This document shows positions 1-11,290 of a stretch of DNA of 64,000 nucleotides, piece by piece. The notes below the pieces were generated by a model. It did no database searches. It was not told the DNA's origin and saw only the letters and a program-made list of their open reading frames with translations. The DNA is from Octopus vulgaris (Eukaryota), in NCBI GenBank assembly GCA_951406725.2, contig OX597819.1, positions 30,876,001 to 30,940,000 on the forward strand, given 5' to 3'. Position 1 is the stretch's first letter. The number at the start of each line of letters is the position of its first letter. A program made the translations under genes and the position numbers.

Positions 1-181
1 CTTGATCTGCTATAAAATGCAGCCGTTCATCATCATTTGTCACTGTACTGTCTTAAAAAAAAAAGTAAATGTAGATCAAGGTGCTCAATACCTGAAAAAG
101 AAAATGGGATTGCCATGGCTGGAATGTCTCCAATCATATATCATATGTTCAGTTGATAAGGGCTGAACAACAACAACAACG
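1..181 (+). repeat. 3' part of a dispersed repeat with (AAC)n tail (family E)
   Basis: Motifs 'atggctggaatg...gatcata...' and 'gggctgaacaacaacaac' recur at about 30180-30335, 47350-47580, 50290-50480, and on minus at 32525-32750 and 48060-48340. Confidence 0.55.
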
Positions 182-187
182 AATATT

Positions 188-432
188 GTTAACAATAGCA
201 ATTATAACAGTATTGATGACAGCAATATAATAGCAATGGCAACAGCAATAACAGCGATGACAACAACGATGACAGCCATGAAGGCAGCAATAACACTGAC
301 AACATCAATGATGACAACAGCGACAGTGATGACAGCAATGTTGATAACAATGATGACAGTTGTAATGACCGTGATGACAGCTTTGAAAACAGCAAAGACA
401 ATAATGATGACAGTAATAATGATGATGTTGAT
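188..432. repeat. Degenerate trinucleotide (ACA/ATG/GCA) microsatellite
   Basis: Low-complexity 3-nt periodicity explains the T/M/A-rich and I/V-rich ORFs here. Confidence 0.8.
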
Positions 433-449
433 GTTTAACAAGTGTTTAC

Positions 450-480
450 TTTTTTCCAATTTATCTATCATGTTTAAAAG
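450..480 (-). CDS. Possible 31-nt micro-exon (LLNMIDKLEK) of an unidentified gene
   Basis: Minus strand reads tttctcAG|CTTTTAAACATGATAGATAAATTGGAAAAAA|GTaaac. Its phase-0 start fits the phase-0 end of exon 3780-3979. Confidence 0.25.
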
Positions 481-644
481 CTGAGAAAGTATACCCCTCA
501 CATTAAAAACTAAATTTACACACTTAACTTAGTTTGATAACTGAAGTTACCCCATACACTTATGATTTATTTGATTATCACCTATATTATCTATTGACTT
601 TAGTTTTGTAAATAACAAACTGTAGAAAAACTGATAGAGTATAT

Positions 645-1126
645 ATATTTCTTTATTGCCCACAGGGAGCTAAACATAAGAGAGGACAAACAAGGACAGA
701 CAAAGGGATTAAGTCGATTACATCGACCCCAGTGCGAAACTGGTACTTTATTTATCGACCCCAAAAGGATGAAAAGCAAAGTCGACCTCAAGGGGCTGAA
801 CATAGAGGGGACAAACAAGGACAGACAAAGGGATTAAGTCGATTACATCGACCCCAGTGCGAAACTGGTACTTTATTTATCGACCCCAAAAGGATGAAAG
901 GCAAAGTCGACCTCAAGGGGCTGAACATAGAGGGGACAAACAAGGACAGACAAAGGGATTAAGTCGATTACATCGACCCCAGTGCGAAACTGGTACTTTA
1001 TTTATCGACCCTGAAAGGATGAAAGGCAAAGTCGACCTCGGCGGAATTTGAACTCAGAACGTAACGCCAGACAAAATACCACTAAGCATTTCGCCTAGTG
1101 CACTAGTGTTTCTGCCAGCTCGCCAC
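645..1126 (-). mobile_element. tRNA-headed SINE family C with a triplicated 125-bp internal/tail unit
   Basis: Head GGCGAGCTGGCAGAAAC...GAGTTCAAATTCC (B-box-like), core GAGGTCGACTTTGCCTTTCATCCTTTCRGGGTCGATAAA, three tandem units with 125-bp period. Confidence 0.85.
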
Positions 1127-1447
1127 CAAAACTGATAAAGTATATAATAACCGAAATAGATTTTCAGAATGCTGCTCATGATATACTCATTTTTTTCATG
1201 ACAGTCCTGAAGTAAAGTTTGTGGAATACTAATTCCACTGGTTATGAGATCAAATCTTAGTATAGCCAATATTTTAGGTTCTAAGCACTGGTACCTAGTA
1301 TTACTTTGTTCAGTCTGTCTGACAAACAGCTGCTTCCACTAGTTGAGTAGCTAGCGACTAAAAGATACACAGCTGTAGAAGTAATCACACCAACAAAAGG
1401 GAATATTGAAAGTGCACAAAAGATATCACACACATGACAGCCTGTGA

Positions 1448-1474
1448 ATATATATATGTATGTATGTATGTATG

Positions 1475-1519
<45 letters not shown>

Positions 1520-1582
1520 ATATTTCGGAATGGTCATATTGCCAGTTTAGCCAATAAATCTTGCACAACAAATATTTAAACG

Positions 1583-1613
<31 letters not shown>

Positions 1614-2083
1614 GTATGTATATATATACATATACATACATATATATATATGTATTTTTCCTTGGGGCTGGCCTGATCGGAGCGATCTCAAGATTAATCA
1701 GCCGAAATTGCGAGGATGATCCGGTTCTTGACTGAAGATTAGAGGCTTCGAATGACCCGTCCGTTTTTTGTGTCCTCTATTTGAATGTTTTGCGTTCTTG
1801 TCCCATTTTGTATTTTTATATATATTTTTTATATATATTTTTTATACATGTATTTATATATGTATATGTATATACATATGTATATATATGTATATATATG
1901 TGTATATATGTGTGTACATACATGTGCATATATATGTGTGCATATATATGTGTATATACATGTATATATCATCATCGTTTAACGTCCATTTTCCGTGCTA
2001 GCACATATATATATATATATGTATGTATGTATATGTGTATATATATATATGTATATGTGTATATATGTATGTATATATGTATA

Positions 2084-2150
<67 letters not shown>

Positions 2151-2188
2151 GTGTTTGTATGTGTATGTGTGTGTGTGTGTGTGTGTAT
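1448..2188. repeat. Compound (TA)n/(TATG)n/(TG)n microsatellite with embedded short repeat fragments
   Basis: Seen directly. Includes a fragment at 1660-1815 and an RTE tail stub at 1968-2003. Confidence 0.9.
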
Positions 2189-2708
2189 AATTGAAAAAGT
2201 TCTTTGTAGGTATAAAAATAGCATAAACAATTATAAAATTGGAGAAAAGATGTTAGAAAATAAAATCAAAATTAGATTTAATAAGCACATACGAATGTTT
2301 TAAAGGGCAGTACAAATATGTATGAGAAAATTAAAATAAGAATTATAATTAAAGTTATGTATTGTGATTCTCGTCAGTGTGAAGAGTTTAAGTAAAAAAA
2401 ATATCCAAGAAAGTTATTGCTAAAATTCAAAAAGGAAAAACAAAAGGGGTAATAGGGAAAATTAAATTGGATATTTACAAATAATTTGTAAAAGAGAAAA
2501 ATTAAGAGAAACGAAAAAGAGGGACATGTCAATGTGTATGCAAGTCTATTATGCAAAAAAAAAATCTATAAATTAAATTGGCTAATGGATATATTTAAAA
2601 AATAAATAGTAAAAGAGCGAGACAAAACAGAATGTAAACAAAAAATCAAACATATATGTCTAGCATATATAAACATCATGTTCTCTTATATTCTGTTTTA
2701 TCTCGCAG

Positions 2709-2885
2709 GGCATAATGCTTAGCAGCATTTTGTCTGTCTTCACGTTCTGAGTTCAAACACTGCTGAGGTCAACTTTGTTTTTCATCCTTTCGGGGTCATT
2801 AAAATGAGTACCAATGGAACACTAGGGCCAATATAACTGACTTACACCCTTCCTCAAACTTTCTGTGTCAAAATTTGAAACCATT
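2709..2885 (+). mobile_element. SINE family C, 5'-truncated
   Basis: aatgcttagc...gttctgagttcaaa...gaggtcaactttgtttttcatcctttcggggtc. Confidence 0.75.
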
Positions 2886-2903
2886 ATTTTATTATTATTA
2901 TTA

Positions 2904-3380
2904 TTGAGTGAGAGAGCAGTGCATGCCATCAAAGTGACAATGGGGTACCGTTATACGAAGCCCAATATACCCAACATGACTACCTGTCTGATAAGGGCAC
3001 ACCAGGCACATGCATCACTATCACATGTACGCAACACGGTGATCTCATATCAAGGTAAACAGTGCATGACCTTACAGGTGGGGCCCAGTTAGAATTTTCT
3101 TCAGGTTGAATATCCCATCCTGCTCAAAAGGTCCCTGAATTAGGGTTGTTTAAGGATGTTGAACGAAACACCCATGCTTCCAGAGGTGAATTATTCAAAC
3201 CCCAAAGAATTCCTCTCAACACATGGCTATGATGCTCCCCCATTACTTCTGCACGGGATCAGAGATGCACATATCGTCAGCCACTAAGGGATATGCTCGA
3301 CTGGTTAAGGTCAAACAAATGACAAGCAAATCTGTGGTATTGAGCAGAATATTTGCTGTAGCCCATCTTTTATACCAAGA

Positions 3381-3381
<1 letters not shown>
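2904..3381 (-). mobile_element. Probable non-LTR 3' fragment embedded in (TAA)n
   Basis: A higher-GC block of about 480 bp bounded on both sides by (TTA)n tracts. Family not identified. Confidence 0.4.
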
Positions 3382-3410
<29 letters not shown>

Positions 3411-3413
<3 letters not shown>

Positions 3414-3625
3414 GGCAGCAAGCCTAGCAGAATTGTTAGTATGCTGGACAAAATGCTTAGTGGTATTTTGCCTGTCACTACATTTCAAGTTCAAATTCCA
3501 CCACCATCAACTTTTCCTTTCATTCTTCCGTGGTCAATAAATTAAATACCAGTGAAGCACTGGGGTTGATATAATCAACTAGTCCCCTCCTCCAAAATTT
3601 CAGGCCTCGTGCAATTAGTCAAAAG
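3411..3625 (+). mobile_element. SINE family C
   Basis: aaggcagcaagcctagcagaattgttag...aagttcaaattcc...ctggggttgatataatcaact. Confidence 0.75.
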
Positions 3626-3626
3626 G

Positions 3627-3711
3627 ATTATTATTATTATTATTATTATTATTAATACAATTATTGTTGTTATTGAAAATATCATTATTAGTACTATTAT
3701 TGTAATTATTA

Positions 3712-3757
<46 letters not shown>
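3627..3757. repeat. (TTA)n microsatellite
   Basis: Seen directly; source of the poly-N in ORF 3615-4001. Confidence 0.95.
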
Positions 3758-3758
<1 letters not shown>

Positions 3759-3779
3759 GTATAAAGACATCAACATTAC

Positions 3780-3979
3780 ATCATCAGTACAATCATCTGT
3801 GTCCACAGTCTGTGATATCAAACTTTGCTGTGATGAATTCTTGCCTACTTTTATGTCTGAAGAATCTGAATCCACGTCCGTAAACTCAGCAAAAGATTTT
3901 CTCATGTCAACAGATTGCTGCATGATGTTCGGGGATTGGTCATCAATGGAGGATTTTCTTTCATTTTTGATTTCTTGCT
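3780..3979 (-). CDS. Probable internal coding exon, Ser/Asp-rich (QEIKNERKSSIDDQSPNIMQQSVDMRKSFAEFTDVDSDSSDIKVGKNSSQQSLISQTVDTDDCTDD), unidentified gene
   Basis: Non-repetitive 200-nt open segment with polypyrimidine acceptor tttctttatcatttcAG and donor GAT|GTaatg; protein-like composition. Confidence 0.55.
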
Positions 3980-4677
3980 CTGAAATGATAAAGAAATACA
4001 AAAGAAATTATTCATAGCCTGAGAGAACTAGATAAAACTATTGGTAAAAATTGAAGTTCCTTATTAAAATGATTCTGTACCATTAGTCTCTGACCTTGAT
4101 TCCTGCATGTTCAGAGTTCTCTCTGAACCATACAGCAATATGTGCTAACAGAGTTCTCTCTCTCTCTCATTCTCTTTCTTTCTCTCTCTGACCCACATTG
4201 CAACATGTGCAACATGTGCAAAGAGCTTCATCCCAATCTTTGGTTCTGTCATTTCCATTCTTCCTTCAGTGTAGTAATGGCCTATTTGCAGCGTATATTG
4301 ATGCAGACAACAGCATATTTCACTCCTCCTTAACCTTACACACACAGGCATTATCAACATGCAACCTAAACACATTCTCCACAGACTCTTCACACACACA
4401 AGTGTCATCCACGTACAGGCTAAATACATTATAACAAATATGCCAATGAAAAAGCCTTTATTTGCTAGAAATAACAACCAAATCTTTCTCAAACCAAATT
4501 TTATCACAGTGATCCCACATGGTTCTCTCAGTCAAATTCTCTCAGTGACTCTACACATTTAATATTGCAAAAGCTGTATTACAAAGACTAGAATTCCTCT
4601 TCAGAACCAGAAAAAAACTTTAGCATTGATTAGCTACAGATACCGACACAAGACTCAAGTAAAACCCACATTCAAAT

Positions 4678-5112
4678 ATTGATTTCAAATTCTGGCACAG
4701 GGCCAGCAATTTCAGAAGTGGGTAAGTCAATTACATCAACCCCAGTGTTTAACTGGTACTTATTTTATCAACCCTAAAAGGATGAAATGCAAAGTCGACC
4801 CTGGCACAATTTGAACTCAGAACATGAAGACGGACAAAATGCTAAGCATTTTGCCTGGCGTGCTAACGATTCTACCAGCTTGCCACATTCAAAAATACTG
4901 ATTTCAAATTTTGGCACAAGGCCAGCAATTTGAGAGGAAGGGGTAAGCCAATTACATCAATCCCAGCGCTCAACAGGTACTTATTTTATCAACCCTGAAA
5001 GGACGAAAAAAAAAGTCAACCATGGCAGATTTTGAACTCAGAACGTGAAGATGGACAAAATGTCGCTTAGCATTTTGCCCAGTATGCTAACAATTCTGCC
5101 AGCTTGCCACCT
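4678..5112 (-). mobile_element. Two tandem SINE family C copies (about 4678-4886 and 4897-5112)
   Basis: Each runs from 'gatttcaaattytggcaca' to 'ccagcttgccac' with the family C core. Confidence 0.85.
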
Positions 5113-5426
5113 TACGACCCACACTGAAATATTGCACACATAAATAGAATGATGCCAGAGATCAAATCCAAAATAGAGGGCCATTTCACTATTTGGCAAT
5201 AGTTTACTCACCCAACACAAACCAAACACTGTCTCACAAACACAGTTTCTACTCCCTATCCTCTACAATGTCCTCTGTTCCTTTAAATTAGAGAATCATA
5301 CATCTTCTCCACTAGCACACACTCAACCCACCAACCATCATATTTTACAGTATTACCTCACTTTACTGTGCATCACCTCCCAAAGTGAGAAAATACAGAC
5401 ATACCAACCAGTTACAAACAGATTTT

Positions 5427-5856
5427 ATTACTCTTTTTTACTCTTTTTACTTGTTTCAGTCATATGACTGCGGCCATGCTGGAGCACCACCTTTAATCAA
5501 GCAACTCGACCCCGGGACTTATTCTTTTATAAGCCCAGTACTTATTCTATCGGTCTCTTTTGCCGAACCGCTATGTTACGGGGACATAAACACACCAGCA
5601 TCAGTTGTCAAGCAATGCTAGGGGGACAAACACAGACACACAAACACACACACGCATATATATATATATATACATATATATATACATATATACGACGGGC
5701 TTCTTTCATTTTCCATCTACCAAATCCACTCATAAGGCTTTGGTCGGCCCGAGGCTATAGTAGAAGACACTTGCCCAAGGTGCCACGCAGTGGGACTGAA
5801 CCCGGAACCATGTGGTTGGTAAACAAGCTACTTACCACACAGCCACTCCTGCGCCT
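5427..5856 (-). mobile_element. tRNA-headed SINE family A, full length
   Basis: Head AGGCGCAGGAGTGGCTGTGTGGTAAG (A box) and GGTTCAGTCCC (B box), central TA/TG tract, tail GGTGCTCCAGCATGGCCGCAGTCA..TGACTGAAACAAG. Resembles published octopus tRNA-derived SINEs; exact family name not verified. Confidence 0.9.
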
Positions 5857-6359
5857 ATATTGTTGAAATCTGTAAACACACTTTATAGTAGACATAAGAA
5901 ACAACTGTATAAACATACAAGCACTTCATTGTAGTTACAACAAATAACAGTATACGTATTTCATTGTATATATAACAACCAGTTGTATGCAGATATAACA
6001 AATAGGTATAAACACACTTCATTATACACACAACAAATACTTGTATACACACTTCATAAGAGACATAAAGTTGCATACATACTTCACTATAGATATAACA
6101 AATAGGAATGTACACACTTCAGTATATACACACTCCATTGTAGACATACCAAATGCTTGTATACACATTTCATTATAGTTGTATACACACTTGATTATAG
6201 ACATAACAAATAGTGGTATACACACTTCATTATATACATAACAAATAGTGGTATACACACTTCATTATAGACATACCAAATAGTGGTATACACACTTCAT
6301 TGTAGATATAACAAATAGTGGTATACACACTTCATTACAGACATACCAAATAGTTGTAT

Positions 6360-6677
6360 TTATTTATTTATTTGTGTGCCCTTTTCAAGCCTAGCCAGGC
6401 TCATGGGCCCAGTTTCCCGGTTTCTATGACGTATGTGTTCCCCCCAGCAGGACGGGATACCAGTCCATCGCAGTGTTACTCAAGAAACATGAAGAAAGAG
6501 TGAGAGAAAGTTGGGGGCAAAAGAGTACAACAGGGGTCGTCACCACCCCCTGCTAGAGCCTCGTGGAGCTTTAGGTGTTTTCGCTCAGTAAACACACACA
6601 ACGCCCGGTCTGAGAATATAAACCGCGATCCTCTGACTGCGAGTCCGCTGCCCTAACCACTGGACCATTGCGCCTCC
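6360..6677 (-). mobile_element. tRNA-headed SINE family B
   Basis: Head GGAGGCGCAATGGTCCAGTGGTTAGGGCAGCGGACTCGC, (AAAT)n tail, flanks caaatagttgtat / caaatggttgtat. Confidence 0.9.
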
Positions 6678-6704
6678 AAATGGTTGTATACACACTTCAT
6701 AGTG

Positions 6705-7025
6705 AAGGCACATCGCTCAGTGAGTAAGGTATTCAACTCACAATTGTAAGAGTGTGAGTTCAATTCCTGGCATGTTGTATCCTTGAGCAAGACACTTTAC
6801 TTCACATTGCTCCAGTCCAATCAGATGGCAAAAATGAGTAGTACCTGTATTTCAAAGGACCAGCTTTGTCCCATTTTGTGTCATGCTGAATCTCCCTGAG
6901 AGCTACATTAAGGGCATGCATGTCAGTGGAGTGCTCGACCACTTGCATGTTAATTTCATGAACAAGCTGTTCCATTGATTGGAACAACTGGAACCCTTGT
7001 CATTGTAACCAATGGCATACCAGTA
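6705..7025 (+). mobile_element. tRNA-headed SINE family D (CORE-like middle)
   Basis: gctcagtgagtaagg...gagttcaattcc, then tccttgagcaagacactttacttcacattgctccagtc. Confidence 0.75.
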
Positions 7026-7391
7026 AGTAAGTATACATGGTTCATTACAGATATAACAAATAGTTGTATACAAATTTTATTGTAGACAATAACTAATTGT
7101 AAACACAATTCATTATAATCATAACAAATACATGTATATAAACTTCATTATAGACAACAAATAGTTGTATATACACTTCGTTGTAGACATAACAAATAAC
7201 TGTAAATATACGTCATTATAGGTGTATACACACTTCATTGAAAGATTTTGATGCAAGAACATGAGACCCCCTTCAGTCACGACACTGTAAGCTCGCCACC
7301 TTACACCATGCATAAAATTAATATATTTCTCATGCACGCCCAATTTTTGGGGGTTTTTTTCTGTTTTTTAATTGTTGTTTATTTGAATTGA

Positions 7392-7424
<33 letters not shown>

Positions 7425-7429
<5 letters not shown>

Positions 7430-7600
7430 AGAGTTTACGAAAAAACAAAAGACAAAGACAGGTGGTGTACAAAACAAACAGATGTATTAGTATAACGCTC
7501 AGGAATAGAAAAAGTCTTTTATATTTCGAGCCTACACTCTTCTACAGAAAGGGACACAGAAAAAACAAGGAGAGAAACAAGGAGAGAAAAAAAAATGTGT
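7425..7600 (-). mobile_element. Penelope-like terminal fragment with degenerate hammerhead motif
   Basis: Minus strand cttt-CTGTAGA-a-GAGT gtag GCTC-GAAA-tata-aaag; abuts (TA)n. Confidence 0.45.
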
Positions 7601-7834
7601 GTATATATATTCACACACATGCACACACAAACAAACATACATAAACAGACACATAGACACAAATATGTAAGTATATATAAACACACACACACATATAAAT
7701 ACAGGCACATATACATTGTATGTGTTTATACATTTTTATAATTTAGTAAGTGTATGAGCTGTGTATGCTTGTAAATTCAGGTATGTATGTGTACAATACA
7801 CACACAGACACACTTGGTGGAGGGAGTGTACATG

Positions 7835-7896
<62 letters not shown>

Positions 7897-8265
7897 TTCT
7901 TATTTTGATTATTTGTAAAATAAGGTACATTTGTGTGCTGTGAAAGAAATTGAGTTCTGATATCTTCAAAGAAATGAAAAGAAATAACCTTGTCTTGGTT
8001 GTTCCTTTATTAGTTATGGCATCAACCCTGCATGATAGAATTGAAGAAGGCAGCCAAAACTAGAAACTACAAACTCTACTAGCCAAAAGAAATGATTGCA
8101 TTTCATACACAGAACCAGGAACATATTTGTCCATTAGTTTTATTTTCCAGTGACTAAACACAATTTAGCTTTTTGCTTATTTTTCAAAGAAATATACAAA
8201 ATATTCATATTATTTAATAAAAAACTGATGCTCCCACCCTTTTCATGATAATATATTTAATAAAG

Positions 8266-8684
8266 AGGTGCAGGAGTGGCTGTGTGGTAAGTAGCTTGCT
8301 AACCAACCACATAGTTCCGGGTTCAGTCCCACTGCGTGGCACCTTGGGCAAGTGTCTTCTACTATAGCCTCGGGCCGACCAATGCCTTGTGAGTGGATTT
8401 GATAGACGGAAACTGAAAGAAGCCCGTCGTATATATGTATATATATATATATGTGCGTGTGTGTGTTTGTATGTCTGTGTTTGTCCCCCTAGCATTGCTT
8501 GACAACCGATGCTGGTGTGTTTACGTCCCCGTAACTTAGCAGTTCGGCAAAAGGTGACCGATAGAATAAGTACTGGGGTTACAAAGAATAAGTCCCGGGG
8601 TCGATTTGCTCGACTAAAGGCGGTGCTCCAGCATGGCCACAGTCAAATGACTGAAACATGTAAAAGAGACAAAGAGAAAGAGAG
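8266..8684 (+). mobile_element. SINE family A, full length, flanked by a direct repeat of about 57 bp
   Basis: Family A head, core and tail; 8211-8267 is repeated at 8686-8744. Confidence 0.92.
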
Positions 8685-8885
8685 ATATTTAATAAAAAAA
8701 ACTGATGCTCCCACCCTTTTCATGATAATATATTTAATAAAGAGATGCAGATAAAAAATATATATGTGTATGTAAATATGTCTTTTTGCAGGATTTATCC
8801 ATGTTTTTTTTTTCTTTTTCTCCTTTACAGGATTCAAGCAGTCACAAGGTGATGTGGCTGTTTTGTTTGACCCTTTAGCATTTAA

Positions 8886-9105
8886 CCCTTTAGCATTCAA
8901 ACCGGCCATATCCGGCCTAAATATCTTACCTCCTTTTTGTTCAAAACCAGTCAGATCCAACCTCTTACCCTATGCAACAATATTATTCCCAAAGTAAAGA
9001 GTCACATCGCAGAAATCTCACAGCTATGAGATAATGCAGGATTAATTCAATGCAATGTGAATAAACAAGCATCACATTTGCTAGAATAATGTGAATACTA
9101 AAGGG
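8886..9105. mobile_element. piggyBac-type MITE (TTAA TSD, CCCTTTAGYATT TIR), nested in another copy of the same family
   Basis: TTAA|CCCTTTAGCATTCA...TGAATACTAAAGGG|TTAA. The outer copy starts near 8871 and resumes at 9110. Confidence 0.8.
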
Positions 9106-9254
9106 TTAAACCAGCCATATCCAGCCAATATATTCCACCTGTTTTATTTTCAAACTAGTCAGATGTGGCTTTTCACACCAACCCAACCCAACAATCTTAG
9201 TCTAAAAATAAATAACCTCATTTTGAAATCTTGAAGATACAAGACAATGCACAA

Positions 9255-9440
9255 TTAATTTCAACTGCTTCCAAGATCCAGAGAGAATCACAGAAGGTCG
9301 TTGACTTGCCTACAGAAAACGAATTCCAGGCTGGATTCCAAAAGTGGCAGGAACACTGGGACCAGTTTATTGTTGCACAAAGTGACTATTTTGAAGGAAA
9401 TTATGTTAAAACTTAGGTAAATAAGCTATGTTTTATTAAA
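9255..9440 (+). pseudogene. mariner transposase C-terminal relic
   Basis: ENEFQAGFQKWQEHWDQFIVAQSDYFEG matches the mariner C-terminal pattern F..W..RW..C....GDYFEG. Confidence 0.75.
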
Positions 9441-9449
9441 GATCACTAG

Positions 9450-9864
9450 TTTACACTTTTACTTGTTTCAGTCATTTGACTGCAGCCATGCTGGAGCACC
9501 ACTTTTAGTCAAGCAAATCAACCCCGGGACTTATTCTTTGTAAGCCTAGTACTTATTCTATCAGTCTCTTTTGCCGAACCGCTAAGTTACAGGAACGTAA
9601 ACACACCAGCATCGGTTGTCAAGCGATGTGGGCGGGGGGACAGAAACACAGACACTCAAACATATACACACAAATACATATATATATATACATATATACG
9701 ACGGGCTTCTTTCAGTTTCCGTCTACCAAATCCACTCACAAGGCTTTGGTCAGCCCAGGTCTACAGTAGAAGACACTTGCCCAAGGTGCCACGCAATTGG
9801 GACTGAATCCTGAACCATGTGGTTTGTAAGCAAGCTACTTACCACACAGCAACTCCTGCACCTA
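9450..9864 (-). mobile_element. SINE family A, full length
   Basis: Same head, core and tail as 5427-5856. Confidence 0.9.
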
Positions 9865-10004
9865 TTTGGGAACTTTCTTATTCTATCTCATAGTTTCTGA
9901 GATTTGTGAATATGTGAGCGAGTTAGTGGGTGCACATATGTAAGTAATATACACACGCGTGACTGTACATTTATATGTTAATTCCAGGAAACTCAAATAA
10001 CAAA

Positions 10005-10870
10005 TATCTAGAATGTTTTACAAATTTTCACTGCACCATTAATTTATTGTATTTAGAGGATACAAGTGAACTCACTTGTCCTTTCTGGGAAAGAACACAG
10101 CATTTTCAGGATTTTATGCAAGTGTGTTGTTACATAGCACACTGTACTTATGATAATAGGTACAAATGAAAATCTATATTCAACATACAAGGATGCTCTC
10201 CTTTAACCCATTTTTAAAATGTAATATTCATATCCAAAGGGCAGCTGACCTCCACAACAGAGCATTACTTTTGTTCCCTGTCCCATATGATATCAGGCCT
10301 GTTGTATTTGTACCTGGATGTGGTTTTTATCAGAAACTTCAACTATTATTCCCTATTTATAAAGGTGTGGATATATTCTAGTTTTAAGTGTGCCTTTGGT
10401 ACAACTGTCAGGCAATCCTTCCTGTAGATTGTATTCTGAATAGTTTTTGCACCAATGTCATGTTTCACAAGGAAGTAGTACTTTGCCAACATTTTCAAAC
10501 AGTTATTCATGATGTGGGTGGTATCTTCCACACCAGTAAAGTATGGTCAATGTTTTATATCACAAAGTGGCAGGTTGGTGGGTTCCTTATCTCTCTTAGT
10601 GATCAAATATTTTGTAGTTATCTCCTGTTTCTTCAAGGTAAGATGTGATGTATTTATCACAAATTCAGGAGAGGCTACATTTCCTGTCAATATTGTTGAT
10701 ATTCCCTATTTTGCACGTAGCCATGTATAACTTTTTTGATAAGGATTTCTCTCCAAGTTTCTGTTTAAACAGGTTAGTCCAACTACTTTGGGCTCACATC
10801 AACTGGTTACCTACTTAGTAGCAAGGTTGCAAAGGAAAGCATCTTGCTGTAACTATCATCCTTTAAATCT
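10005..10870 (-). pseudogene. Decayed R4/Dong-like non-LTR retrotransposon ORF 3' end (zinc knuckle plus restriction-like endonuclease)
   Basis: Minus translation KQEITTKYLITKRD...CDIKH*PYFTGVEDTTHIMNNCLKMLAKYYFLVKHDIGAKTI (decayed CCHC and RHD motif), then KYNRPDIIWDREQK*CSVVEVSCPLDMNI (PD..E RLE motif) and terminal VKICKTF; contains stops. Confidence 0.8.
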
Positions 10871-10893
10871 TAAGGTCTTGCAGGTTTTGTTTA

Positions 10894-10930
<37 letters not shown>

Positions 10931-10949
10931 ATAGACAGATGTCTGTACT

Positions 10950-11290
10950 GACTCAGTCAGTCGGTCGGGACCCCCTTCGGTCACGACGCTGACCATGGGA
11001 TTGCACCTAGGAAGTTACCCTCCTAGTCACAAGTCTGGGCAAGGTGGTTTATGGAAGACCAGCAGTTGCCCATGCATACCGGCCTCCCCTCTCCATGCCC
11101 CCAGTGTTATCCAAGGGAAAGGCAGCAGCCGATACAGCTTGGCACCCGTGACGTCGCAACTCATTTCTACAGCTGAGTAAACTGGAGCAACAGGAAATAA
11201 AGTGTCTTGCTTAAGAACACAACACGCAGCCCGGTCCGGGATTCGAGCTCACAACCTTACGATCGTAAGCACAACGCTCTAACCACTGAC
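10950..11290 (-). mobile_element. SINE family D, alternative tail
   Basis: Minus TCAGTGGTTAGAGCGTTG...GAGCTCGAATCCC, then ttaagcaagacactttatttc; same structure at 53625-53981. Confidence 0.8.

Larger units (their letters stand above)
5870..7240. repeat. Degenerate minisatellite of about 36 bp (acacacttcattatagacataacaaatagtKgtat), interrupted by two SINEs
   Basis: Unit clearest at 6180-6360 and resumes after both insertions. Confidence 0.85.

Noticed and set aside
1768-2303. ORFs rich in Y/I/C/V/H/T, here and at 61837-62565 and 63609-63992
   Set aside because: They are translations of (TA)n/(TG)n microsatellites.
3615-3779. Poly-Asn C-terminus of ORF 3615-4001
   Set aside because: It is a (TAA)n microsatellite beyond the likely splice donor.
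5573-5866. Recurrent ORF RRHLPKVPRSGTEPGTMWLV seen many times
   Set aside because: It is the antisense reading of SINE family A, not a gene family.
5870-7240. 36-bp periodic array as a possible CRISPR
   Set aside because: Units are contiguous and degenerate, with no unique spacers, no cas genes, and a eukaryotic context.
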